A stretch of DNA of 64,000 nucleotides from Chiloscyllium plagiosum (lineage: Eukaryota): assembly GCF_004010195.1 (NCBI RefSeq), contig NC_057721.1, forward strand, positions 43,702,163-43,766,162. The letters are read 5' to 3'. The notes beneath the pieces were generated by a model. The model did no database searches. It was not told the origin of the DNA and worked only from the letters and a program-made list of their open reading frames with translations. Made by a program: the position numbers and the translations under genes. Of the stretch, positions 50,071-61,845 are shown piece by piece (position 1 is the first letter of the stretch; the number at the start of each line of letters is the position of its first letter).

Positions 50071-50653
50071 GCAACATATTTTGCATTCATGGACAGAGTG
50101 CTTAGCACGCACCACATGAAATCAGCAAGTATTCAAATCTTGACCAGTCCTGGTGGAAATATGAATACATATACAAAAGGCACGATCTGGTGATGGGGGT
50201 GTGTTACTGTGTTAAATCCACAAGGTGGTGCTATTATGTAGGAGGACATTGGTCAGAGTGAGTTGAACGCAATGGATTCTGCTTGTGGGAGTCGTTGATG
50301 TTATTGCACTGAAAATGTTTGAAATCTGAATTTGGAACAATTAGTAATTTAAAATTTTGAAGAAGTAACATTGATAGTCAGCACGGACAAGTCGAATCGA
50401 AGAGTTTGTTTCTATGTTGTATGATGCTATGTCTATGACTAATAGGCTTTGAACTTGTAAAATCCACTAATGAAATAAAAGACAAAACCATGAAGAATGA
50501 ATCAGAGTTAAGCTGAAATATGTTTGCTTAAGTTGACCATAGCTGAATGTTACAACTGTGTGGTATTACAACGGTGTTACGACCTATTTGGCAAAGTTTG
50601 TTAGTTCCACTACTCCTGGGATCGTTACAACAGTTAATGATTTAATCTCAGTT

Positions 50654-50857
50654 CAGTCGGTTCTGACATAACGTGATAGTTCCATTCTCGTGTGATCTCA
50701 CGTTATAAGAAAACTGAGCAATATCCGCACCATTTAAACTAATGTGGCTGGAATTGGATTATAGCTGATACAGGTAAGGAAAGTTCGTGTTCTACAAATA
50801 ACGGTCTAATTTCTTCAAACGCTTTAAAGCCAATTAGCATTATAGCAGATCCGAATG
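50654..50857. mobile_element. Short Tc1/mariner-type MITE
   Basis: CAGTCGGTTCTGACATAACG ... CATTATAGCAGATCCGAATG imperfect TIRs; TA on the right side. Confidence 0.65.
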
Positions 50858-53459
50858 TACCAAAAGCCCCTTTGTAGTGTCTGATGGAGTAAAATCAACA
50901 TATAATACTGACGAGGTTCAGTAACTAACTATCTAATAAAAATAAATATGCTCTAACCATAGCTAAACATAACTATGAACTATCAGCATTTATAATTCTA
51001 ACCCCTCAAATTTAAAACCACTATATCGGCAGACACTAACAAACAAGAAAACATTGGTGTTATGAGTAGAGGAACAAAGTTTTGGGGAAACACAATTCAG
51101 TAGCACTAGTCCACAGGACTGTAGACCCACATCAAGCATGGAAGTTATCATTGCATGTATTAGCAGCATCTATCACTACACTGACAGTTCAGGTGTCAAG
51201 GGGATTGGTTCTGTCCCCAGAGTACAGTCTTGAAATCTCGCAAGTATCATATTGGTTTTGGCAAGTATCTGCCCTTTTAAAGTTGATGGTAATAATATCT
51301 GCTTCACTGAAATCTCACTGAGCAACTTACAAGGACCAATGACAGAATGGACATTGCCTGTGACCAGTTTTTGAACTTCAGCACTGTGGTACTGCCTGCA
51401 TTTCACATGCTCAATGATAGGATCACAAACGAAGTGTTGCTGCATTTTGCAAATGCACGATTGATGCTTTTGCCCCGTCATGGTCTTCATGTTCGGCAGA
51501 AGTAGATGAAGCCCATACATTCACCCCCCACAAACTGGCACTGACTCTGCCCACCCTGGGCATGGGTTTAGGCACCTTCCAGTTGTAGGGCACTTCCAGA
51601 CAATAGCAAGTGATGGCAAGGAACAAGCTGGGGGTGAAAATTCTCAGCATCGAGACCCACACCCTGGAGTGGAGTCAGACACCATTTCCCCTCCTCCACC
51701 CGTGACCCGCGACCTGTGGCCATGACTAAGCCCCAGACAGTGTATAGACTCAAACCTTGATTAACAGGACTAAGACTCCCTCCATGTTCCCATAACTGAC
51801 AGCAGCCCCTGCAGTGCCCCCCCTTGACAAAGGACTGCCCTCCCCCCAGATAATTTGAGACATGACCATTTTGTTGAAAAACCATACGGTGCATTTTCTG
51901 TGCAGGCAGCCGGCAAATACTGAAGTTGTGAAATGGATGTATCACTGTCATACAGTAAGATGTACAACCCTGACTGATTGCAACTGACAAGCGTAACAAT
52001 CTAACTGCAAAGGTGCAAGGCAACGTAAGAGTACAGTGAGCCTTTGCGCCATGGGTGAAGCACAAATGTGCTCAAAGTCATAGTATGGCAAGGTATGCAA
52101 GAGTGCTGTGAGCTAGGTGCTAAGGGAGTGAAAATTGTGAGGACAAGTGAGCTGTAGACTGGTCCTGTCCATGAGTGCAAGGAATCTTTGCAGCAGTATT
52201 ACAAGGCTTGTTAACAGTGCACCACAGAGTGCAGCATTAAAATGCAGAGTATCCTGTAAATGAGCATGGAGAGGAGCCCCAGGGTCACATGCCTGTAGTT
52301 ATAAATGTGTGCATGAAACCAGTGCCCATGAGGTTGTCTCCAGCTATCCAACCTGGTGGTCCTGAGGAGTAAGTGGTGAGCTGGAGACATTAGGTTCAGA
52401 TTGGGAATTGTCAGCGTCTAGTTTCCTCACAGCTGGTGGTAGGGTAGGATGTTGTAGGTGTTGGTGAGGATGTTAAAAAATGATAATCCATGTTAATAGA
52501 CATCTCGTGGCCGACTGACAAGAATCTCATCTCAACATCTGGGACTTGGAATATGCAGGTGGTTTCCCACAGTGTCCAGAAAGACCTTGTTGGACCTCTC
52601 TCAGTGATTCGCCAGATCTCTCGCTATAGTCCACATTGTTTCAGGTTCCTCTAAGATTCTACTCCATTGGTAGAATTGAGTCACATTTGGGCTTGATGTC
52701 AATCTCATTAAAATTCATGGAAGCTTTTCTCCATGAGGCCCACCAAGATTTCTTGCTGTCTTGCCCCAAACTTGCCTCATTAACTACCAACTGCACCCCT
52801 ATGGTAATGCTTTCGTCCAATACCAGCCTGATGCTGCAACTCACTAAATGGGGAAGAGCTCACTCCTGCCACGCTGTCTGGAATGGACCAGCATCCCTGG
52901 CTCCGGTGTCATCCTAAACTGGTCATTGTGCATCCGGACAAATGTAGTTTCGTTCAGGTAAGAGATGTCTTTGGTTTGTTTCAATAGAGTCAAACTCCAA
53001 TTTTGTTCGTTTCTTTGATACGCCACTGTAAAGAACTGAATTGCAAATGTGTATATAAGGATATTCTTTATGAATAAAGTAGATTTTTGAAATTTAAAAA
53101 AAAAGTCCTGTCAATCCAGAGCCACACTGCACGGTGATTGACATTTGTCTCAAATCTAGCAGAGAAGGGTAGGTTTGTCCCTTGCTGTGTGCAAGCAGAG
53201 GTTTGGAGATCTGGGTGGATGGGATAATGCGGAGGAGGACTGTCCCCTTCCTGCAAGAGCAGCACTGGAGACGACAACACCAGATCCTGCCAGCCTGGGC
53301 TGAGGTTACCATCCAAGTGAGCAGACCAATGCTGTAGGGAGAAGGTTAATGACATTTTCCATACTGCCAGGGTAAGAGCCACTTCCTCTCTCTGCTGCCT
53401 CACACTCACTGTGTGCCACTGATTGCACACACCATCCACCAAGGCTCATAGGTTACAAA

Positions 53460-54360
53460 CTTAAAAATCACACAACACCAGGTTATAGTCCAACAGGTTT
53501 ATTTGGAAGCATTAGCTTTTGGAGTGCTTTCGGTGGTTGTAGAATATAACACAATAAAACACAGAATTTATTGCAAAAGCTTACAGTGTCATACAGTAAT
53601 ATGCAGGTTTTGGTTCATTAATATGTAAATCCCAGAACTTCTTTTCAAGTCACCTTCTCAAGATATTAAGTTACCTACAGTATAGAAACAGGCCATTTGG
53701 CCCAACATGTCCACACCGACCCTCTGAAAAATAACCCATCCAGACCCATTCCCCTAACCTATTGCTCTACATTTATCCCTGACTAATGCACCTAACACTA
53801 TGGTAAATCTAGCATGGCTAATTCACCTAATCTGCACTTCTTTGGACTGTGGGAGGAAACCAGAGCACCTAGAGGAAACCAATGCAGACACAGGGAGAAA
53901 ATGCAAACTCCATACAGACAGTAGCCAGAATCAACCCCGGGTCCCTGGCACTGTGAGGTAGCAGTGCAAACCACTGAGCCACCATGCAAAAGGTGACATC
54001 TCAGCTCAGACAAATGTATTAAAGGTGTGAGGTCAAAGTCTGTCTGTATCTTGAGTCAGACTGGTTCTATTTCCAAAGTGGAACTTACAAAGTATTACAT
54101 GGATTGACTGTCTGCATTGACTGCCTGCAGATTGTGCATTTTTTGAGCAAAATAGAATGTATCTGCAAATGTATTTCTGCAAATACAAACTCACCCCATT
54201 GACGTGTGTGTGTGTGCATGAGAGAGAGAGTGAATGTGTGCATGTGAGTGCACGTGAGAGTGTGTGTTTGCGTATGTGAAAGCTTGGTAAAGTGTGTGTG
54301 TGGGTGTGATGGAGTAGAAGCTTGTGAGAGGGTGTGTGCGTGGGCAGTGTGGGTGTAGGC
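53460..54360 (-). mobile_element. Penelope-like 3' region with a (TG)n-rich tract, interrupted by an HE1 SINE
   Basis: cacacaacaccaggttatagtccaacaggtttatttggaagc terminus; TG/GA microsatellite at 54205-54360. Confidence 0.7.
53670..53987 (-). mobile_element. HE1 SINE, near full length
   Basis: tRNA-like head, conserved core and CR1-type tail. Confidence 0.9.
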
Positions 54361-54779
54361 AGTCTCACCACTGACTGCAATGTCATCCCTCATTCATTCT
54401 TACCTAGCCCAAAGCCTGACAACACCAACCCTGATCAGTGCCACCTGTACTGCCCTACTCACTCGCTCAGGAAAGCTCATCATTTTCCTGCACTTGCAAT
54501 AACAGGTGCACCGCACACTGTCAGCTCAATCAATCCTTCCCTTTCTCTCATTTCATCAGATAACAACTCACACTAGGGCAGAAAGAGTCATGATGGATTG
54601 CCTGATGCTTGGCTTCTTACGTGTTATGAAGAGACATGGTTGCAAGGGGGCAGGGCTGGTATAGAATCTTCAAGCAAGACAAGGAAGGATTTAAAAGAGA
54701 AGTCAGAGTCAAAATATTGTTGAAGAAGTCAATTACTGCAATAAGGAAGGATGATATCTTTGAAGGTTCCTCAATGAGG

Positions 54780-54905
54780 CCATGTAGGAAACTAGAGCAC
54801 CCGGAGGAAACCCATGAAGACATTGTGCAAACTCCAAACAAACGGTTTAGGTTGTGGAATCGAACCTAGGTCCCTGGGTCAGTATTGCTAACCACTGAGT
54901 CACCC
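54780..54905 (-). mobile_element. HE1 SINE 5' fragment
   Basis: ggaaactagagcacccggaggaaaccca...tgcaaactcca...gctaaccactgag. Confidence 0.75.
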
Positions 54906-55189
54906 CCAATGATGGTCTCTAACTCCTGCAGCTCTCAGAACTCAGTAAGTATCCGGTACAGTTCTTTCATGGTGTTGTGGGAAATAGAGTTGGGGCCAAA
55001 AGGTTCTGGGCCTCCACCCACTGCGCACATCCTAAGAGACCCTGAGGCTGTGACTGCTCCCTGAGCAGGGTGCTCCTTATACCCCATGCTGTTCCAATGT
55101 TGCTCCCTCATCTATCATTGGCCCTGGCCATCCTACTTCACCTTCTTAGGAAAGATGCCACATAACCAGCATGCCAGCAATGGAGGGTC

Positions 55190-55440
55190 CATCACTCTCA
55201 GTGGAAATGTCCTACAATGGGAACAGAGCTGCAAAAGAAGTTCGTAGATCTCAAAACAGCTGTCAGTGTATACTCCACAAATGAGGCTTGGCACACTTCT
55301 CCATACAATGAGACATGCTGCACCTTGATAATGAGGGACATGTCTCCTTCATCCATCCACACTCAGGCTTGAGTGTTCACACCAGTTGAGCGACTATCCA
55401 ATGTTTTCGAGAAGGTAGAGCCTGCAATGGTCCGACACCC
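55190..55440 (+). mobile_element. Harbinger Myb/SANT-protein relic
   Basis: ELQKKFVDLKTAVS (cf. QCRKKxNDL) followed by VFTPVERL (cf. LTPxEE). Confidence 0.4.
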
Positions 55441-55603
55441 TTCCTATCTCAGACCCACATCAAAGATTCAACTCTTCATTGCATTCAATCCAGACCACTG
55501 TTACACCTTTATAACGGATGATGAGTTGATGTTGTGTGACTCACAGAGTCTTTGTAAGTTGCGCAAGTAATGGTTTCACTTGAGCTAACAATAACCTTTT
55601 GTA

Positions 55604-55924
55604 AGATTATATTAGATTACTTACAGTGTGGAAACAGGCCCTTCAGCCCAACAAGTCCACACCGACCCGCCGAAGTGCAACCTACACAGACCCATTCCCC
55701 TACATTTACCCCTTCACCTAATACTACAGGCAATTTAGTGCGGCCAATTCACCTAACCTGCACATTGTTTGGACAGTGGGAGGAAACCGGAGCACTCAAA
55801 GGAAACCCACGCAGACACGGGGAGAATGTGCAAACTCCACACAGTCAGTCACCTGAGGCAGGAATTGAACCCGGGTCTCTGGCGCTGTGAGGCAGCAGTG
55901 CTAACCACTATGCTACCGTGCACC
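55604..55924 (-). mobile_element. HE1 SINE, full length
   Basis: A box (agtggttagcac), B box (ggttcaattcc), conserved core and (taatc)n tail. Confidence 0.94.
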
Positions 55925-55984
55925 AAGATCATTGCTGCTAATGTCAACATAATTCAGAGTTCAATTTGCAAACATCATAACTTT

Positions 55985-58140
55985 TTTTTGAATTCACATG
56001 TGGGATGTGGATGTCACTAGCTCATCTGTGTTAATTGCCTGTCCCTAGTTGCCATTGAGAAGACGGTGGTAAGCTTTTTGAACCACTGCTATTGGGAGAC
56101 TCATATGACCTTAGGGAGGGAATTCCAGGATTCTGACCCAGCAACAATGAAGGGACAGTGACGTATTTCCATATCAGGATAGTGAGTGACTTGAAGGGAA
56201 ACTTGCAGTTGGTGGTGTTCCCATGTATCTGCTGCCATTGACCTTCCATGTGGAAATGGTTGTGGGTTTGGAAGGTGCTGACTAAAGACTTTGATCAATT
56301 TCCGTCATGCATTTTGGAAATAGTACATACCGCTGCGACTGAGTGTCAGTAGTAGAGGTAATGGATGTAGTGCCAATCAAGTGGGTTGCTTTGTCCTGAG
56401 TAGTGATGAGCTTCTTGACTCTTTGTTGGAGCTGCACTCATCCAGGCAATTGGGGAGTATTCCATCACACTCCTGACTTGTAGATGGTGGACAGGCTTTG
56501 GGGAGTCAGGAGGTGAGGTGCTGGAGTATCCCTTGCCTTTGACTTGCTCTTGTAGCCATTGTGTGTATCTGATGAGTCCACTTAAGGTTATGGTCAATGA
56601 AAACCCCAAACATGTTGATAGCATGGGATTCAGTGATGGTAAAACTTCTGAATGTCAAAAAGCAGTGGTCGGATTGTCTCTTATTGGAGATGGTCATTGC
56701 CTGGAATTTGTGTGACACAAATGTGATTTGCCATATGTCAGCCCAAGGCTGGATATTGTCCAGATCTTGTTGCATATGAACATGGACTGCTTCAGTATCT
56801 GAGGAGTTGTGCATTCATTGGTGAACATTCCCACTTCTGACCTTATGACGGAGGGAAGGGCATTGATGAAGCAGCTGAAGATGATTGGGCTTAGGCCACT
56901 AAGCTCTGAGGGACTCATGCAGTGATATCCTGGAGCTGAGATGACTGACCTCCAACAATGACAACCGTCTTCCTATCTGTCAGGTATGACTCCACCAGAA
57001 GAGAATTTGCCTCTGCTGCCCATTGGTTCCAGTTATCAGGCTCCTTGATGCCACAGTCAGTTGAATGCAGTTTTAAAGTCACTTCACCTCTTGAAGTCAT
57101 CTGTTTTGTCCATGTTTCAACCAATGCTGTAATGATATCAGGAGCTGAGTGGCCCTGGCAGAACCCAAACTGGGCATCACTGAGCAGGTTATTACTGAGC
57201 AGTGCTGCTTGATAGCACTGTTAATGGCACCTTCCATCGCTTTACTGATGATTGAGAATAGACTGGTAATTGTCCAGATTGGATTTGCCCTGCTTTTAGT
57301 GTACAGGATATACCTGAGCAATTTTCCACATTGTCAGGTGGACCCCAGTTTTGTAACTGTATTGGAACAGCCTGGCTGGGGGAGCACAAGTCTTCAGTGC
57401 TATTGGCAGAATGATGTCAGGTACATATATATTGCAGTGTCTAATGCTTCCAAACATTTCTTGATATCACGTGGAGTGAATTGAATTGGTAAAGACCAGC
57501 ATCTGACATGCTGGGGGCTATTGGAGGAGGCCATGATGGATCATCCACTCGGCGCTTCTGGCTGAAGATTGCTGCAAAAGCTTCAGCCTTATCTTTTGCA
57601 CTGATGTGCTGGGTTCTTCTATCCTTGGGGATGGGGATATTTATGGAGTCTCCTCCTCCAGTGTTGTTTAATTTTCCACTGCCATTCATGACTGGATATG
57701 TGGGACTGCAGTGTTTTAATTTGATCTGTTGGTTGTGGGATCGCTTAGCTCTATCACCTGCTGCTTATGCTGTTTGACACGTACGTTTGGTGGATTCACT
57801 AGGTTGACACCGCATTTTTGATATGCTTGGTGCTGCCCCTGGCATGTCCTCCTGCACTCCCTGTCGAACCAGGGTTGATCCCCTGGCTTGAGGGAAATGG
57901 TTGAAGTGAGGATATGCCAGGCCATGAGGTTACAGATTGTGTTGTAGTTCAATTCTGTTGTTGATGAGCTTCATAGATACCCAGCCTTGAGTTGCTGGAT
58001 CCGTTCAAATCTGTCACATTTAGCACAGTGATAGTGCCACACAACATGATGGACGGTATTCTCAATGTGAAGATGGGAATTGAGCTCTATAAATTCTGTG
58101 CAGTGATCACTCTTCCCAACACTGTCATGACAGATGGTAT
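55985..58140 (-). mobile_element. CR1-group LINE family B, about 2.1 kb, degenerate
   Basis: IFSCFINALPSVIRSEVGMF, QQDLDNIQPWADIWQITF...K.QAMTISNKR, SAKDKAEAFAAIFSQK. Confidence 0.9.
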
Positions 58141-58144
58141 CTGA

Positions 58145-58455
58145 TTGGATTAGATTCCCTACAGTGTAGAAACAGGCCCTTTGGCCCAACAAGTCTACAC
58201 CGACCCTCTGAAGAGTAACCCACCCAGACCCATTTCCCTCTGACTAATGCACCAAACACTATGGTAAATCTAGCATGGCTAATTCACCTGACCTGCACAT
58301 CTTTGGACTGTGGGAGGAAACTGGAGCACCCGAAGGAAACCCACGCAGACACAGGGAAAATGTGCAAACTCCACACAGTGACCCAAGGCTGGAACAGAAC
58401 CTAGGTCTTTGGCACTGTGTGGCAGCAGTGCTAACCACTGAGCCACCATGCCACC
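58145..58455 (-). mobile_element. HE1 SINE, full length
   Basis: ggtggcatggtggctcagtggttagcactgctgcc head, core and tail. Confidence 0.94.
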
Positions 58456-59132
58456 ATTGTTGGAGGTCAGTATCCAAAGTATCCTTGGTGCAACCATTAA
58501 ATACTAACGTCTGGTGTGTGCTTCAAATGAAACAATGGAGTCTATGCTTCCTCAACAGCCTGCTGGTGTATTGATGAGGTGTCCTGATGGTCACAAGAGT
58601 AGGGTAGGTGCGAGATGGCAATGTCTGTGGGTAAGTGGTGTGTGGAGCTGGTTCTCGTGGAACATGCCCTGAGCCACAATTTAGTCTTAAGTGACATGGA
58701 GTTCATTTGGAGCAAGTGGTGATCTGAATCTGCCAGGTACCTGCTGTTTTCCATTTCAAGCTTTCTTGACATCTACCTTGTTTAGAAAGTTAGGCAAGTA
58801 AGAATGCTGAATATTAATGAGGTAATTTGGGCTATCTAATGAAGAGTAATCCCCCTTAGTCGGCCTAATGAGAAACTCACTTCATCATTTGTCAAAAAAA
58901 TGAAAAAAAGTGAAAACACCCAGCATTGAGATGGACATTGTCAGACTTCTTCTCTGACTGTCTCAAACCTCATCACAGTCCATGCAGCTCAGTTCCCTAC
59001 AAGATTCTGTGCCAGATTTCAGACCAGCACCCTAATGCCACAGAGGCAAGTTGTTGGAGAGGAATATCTGAGTGTCAGCAGCAAGTCTGCAAGAGTGTCC
59101 CTATGCCTGTGAATAATTGGCAATATGTGGAT

Positions 59133-59320
59133 GAGCTGAAAATGTGTTGCTGGAAAAGCGCAGCAGGTCAGGCAAGGATCTTGCAAGGATCCTCTTGCAA
59201 GGATGCCTTCCTTGAAGAAGCTCTCTTCCTCCCTCTACAAGGTGCCTGACCTGCTGTGCTTTTCCAGCAACACATTTTCAGCTCTGATCTCCAGTATCTG
59301 CAGTCCTCACTTTCTCCTCC
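59133..59320. mobile_element. Fold-back Penelope-terminus derivative
   Basis: 42-bp inverted arms 59133-59174 and 59243-59284 with 1 mismatch. Confidence 0.88.
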
Positions 59321-59684
59321 AACATGTGGGTGAGGAAGACGACTGATTCCCTGGAAATTCAGTGTGCATAGTAAAAAAGTACTTTGAAAATACAGTAGTG
59401 AAATTATTTTCTTCCTTATCTATGCAAAGTTCATACTGCAGTCTTTTCCTTTTCCTCTGTTGAGCACGGATGCCTGCCAAACTCTCCACATCTACAAAGA
59501 ACTATATGCTACATATAACCCCTCTTGCTGATGCAGATACAGCCCTGTTCAGTTTTTACCCCTTCCCTTCTGCTTAGTGCTACATATCACAAATCTATCT
59601 TTAACATACACAGCAGTTCGAGCCCTTTCCTACCATTCAGAGCTGCCTGCCTATCATGGGCCGTCCCTTGCACTCAGAACCGCC

Positions 59685-59819
59685 TAATATATCCCTCTGT
59701 TTCCTTTTCCCCTCCCACCCAGAAGTGAGCTACTTACATCAATTTCTTTATTGTAAAAGACCTTCTTGTTTAAGTAAACCTGTTTCAAACACTGGCATAA
59801 CAAGCAAAATTCAGTCAAA
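59685..59819 (+). promoter_or_regulatory. Putative proximal promoter of gene B
   Basis: atccctctgtttccttttcccctccc about 120 nt upstream of the ATG; cagtc shortly before the ATG, as in gene A. Confidence 0.3.
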
Positions 59820-59880
59820 ATGCTTTGTCATCGAAAATGCTCACTACAGCTTGATGTAATTTTTCTTCTAGCTATTTCAG
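59820..59880 (+). CDS. CD2-family gene B exon 1, signal peptide (MLCHRKCSLQLDVIFLLAISG)
   Basis: aaaATG at 59820; hydrophobic VIFLLAIS; donor CAG|GTAAGG; 61 nt, phase 1, paralogous to gene A exon 1. Confidence 0.82.
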
Positions 59881-61087
59881 GTAAGGATATTTGATTTTCA
59901 TGCATTTTTAACTTTATGTATTCAGTTCTATGAGGATATTCTTAACTTTTTCAAAGTATAAGCAGGTGGTACTGTTCAGTTAACCATTATACCAGCACCT
60001 GATTTTTCATTACATTTAACTCAATGGACAGCTGCTTTGACATCCATGGCTGTATGTAATCATCAAAATGTTAAATTATTCTTATAAATATTCTTATAAA
60101 TTATGTTTAATCAATCCTGTTCTCATTTGTCATGACACACTGAGTCTTGAACCCAGACTTTCTACCCTAACAATAGGGAAAATCTTTCCTTATATATTTA
60201 ACTTCCAAATAAACTCTGGAAATTAGAGTTCATTTAATTAATTGTAAATTAGGTGTGTTTTTTTTTATTGTATCAGCTGCTGCTACGAATATTTATTATA
60301 TTTAATCAAATATTTATTTTGTATCTTTTGCTGTTATTGACAATGCTGTAGTACATTCTATGTTGTGAGTGCATGGCCAAAAGCTAAAATAGCCAATATT
60401 CACAAAGATGTGTGTGGGCAAAAGATACATTAATTATATCTTCTCAATATAAATTCCTTCACATTCAATGTTTCATTCAAAATTTTAGATTAATTACTTC
60501 TAAGAGATTATAACAATTACAATTTTTACTTTTGGACATTAATAATACTGATTTCTGATGAAAATATCGCTGACACAACAGTTTTGCCAGCTTGTCCTTC
60601 TTGGAAACAAGTCAATACACTGGGGCAGGTCTAATGATATAATATCTGATCTATTGTAAGCAGATTTGACAGGATCTTAGCTACTATTAATAATTCATTC
60701 TAAAAGGGTGAAACCATTATGGCACCTGGGAATTTTCTCAATCAGTTGCATGTAACCATATAAACTAATGTCCTTAGTCCTAGCTCACAAGCAGTGTGAA
60801 CTTGCCAGTGCTTTGTGCTCTCAGACTCTGAGATTTAGCTGCTTAAACTTGAGCAGTAATTAATTCTGTACATATTTTGAGTTCTCTATGCCTTGAATCT
60901 TTCATGCTCAGCCAAAACCCCTTGGATAGGTTACATCTAATGTCTGCAACTATCAAAGGCTAACTGATATTCTTTAGTATCTTGGATTAGATACTCAAAC
61001 TTGATGATGGGTTTCCTTGTATGGCAGAGACAAAATTGACCAAAAACAAATGAATACATTTAAACAATTTTATCTTTCAATTTACAG

Positions 61088-61402
61088 GTTTGTTTCTTGC
61101 AGAAAGCAAGGGTAAGGCAACAGATGTTTATGGAGAAATTGGAAAGTCGATATTTTTACATGCTAAGAGTGAAAGCTCTAAAACTGATGACATTAAATGG
61201 ATGAAAGGAAATTTAATGATTGCACGATACAAAAATCAAATTTCTAGATCCTATGGGAGTTATATCAATAGATTTACTGTTTACGCAAATGGGACCCTGA
61301 CATTTAAAATCATGAATAACAGTGAAGGAACATATCACTGTGAAATATACAGTACAGATGGAAAGCTAAAATCTCTCCAAAGCATTCAACTGCATGTACT
61401 TG
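61088..61402 (+). CDS. CD2-family gene B exon 2, IgV domain (gene continues beyond the window)
   Basis: Acceptor tttacag|, donor G|GTGAGT, 315 nt. GLFLAESKGKATDVYGEIGKSIFL...DDIKWMKG...IARYKN...YANGTLTF...EGTYHCEIYSTDGK...IQLHVL; DDIKW is identical to human CD2. Confidence 0.93.
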
Positions 61403-61664
61403 GTGAGTGTGCTTCTTTTAAACCATTTTTCTTTAGAGTATTGCATAACGCTTTGAGCCAAATTTTTGGGGTAAAGATTTGGAATTCTAAATTGCTTGAA
61501 TAAATAATTTACTCCAGGTAGTTCAAGCATTTCAGGAAATATTATCCAAGTCCTGATTAAAATTTAGCAGGACTCTGTCGAAGCTACAAATTCTTCTGAA
61601 TCATGAAGTATCAGCTGTAACATGAGCCTGCCTACATGTTCTTACACATAGAGTGCATGCTATT

Positions 61665-61845
61665 AATTAGATTAGATTAGATTAGATTACTTACAGTGTG
61701 GAAACAGGCCCTTTGGCCCAACAAGTCCACCCCGACCCGCCGAAGCGCAGCCCACCTAGACCCATTTCCCTACATTTACCCCTTCACCCAACACTATGGG
61801 CAATTTAGCATGGCCAATTCACCTAATCTGCACATTTCTGGACTG
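61665..61845 (-). mobile_element. HE1 SINE 3' half
   Basis: (attag)n tail plus acagtgtggaaacaggccctttggcccaacaagtccac. Confidence 0.9.

Noticed and set aside
51860-52065. 165-aa minus-strand ORF region (AISQGCTSYCMTV) as a gene
   Set aside because: No splice or domain support; at most a very decayed Harbinger-like remnant.
55850-55924. tRNA genes at SINE heads (also about 58.4 and 53.95 kb)
   Set aside because: These are tRNA-derived HE1 SINE heads continuing into SINE core and tail.
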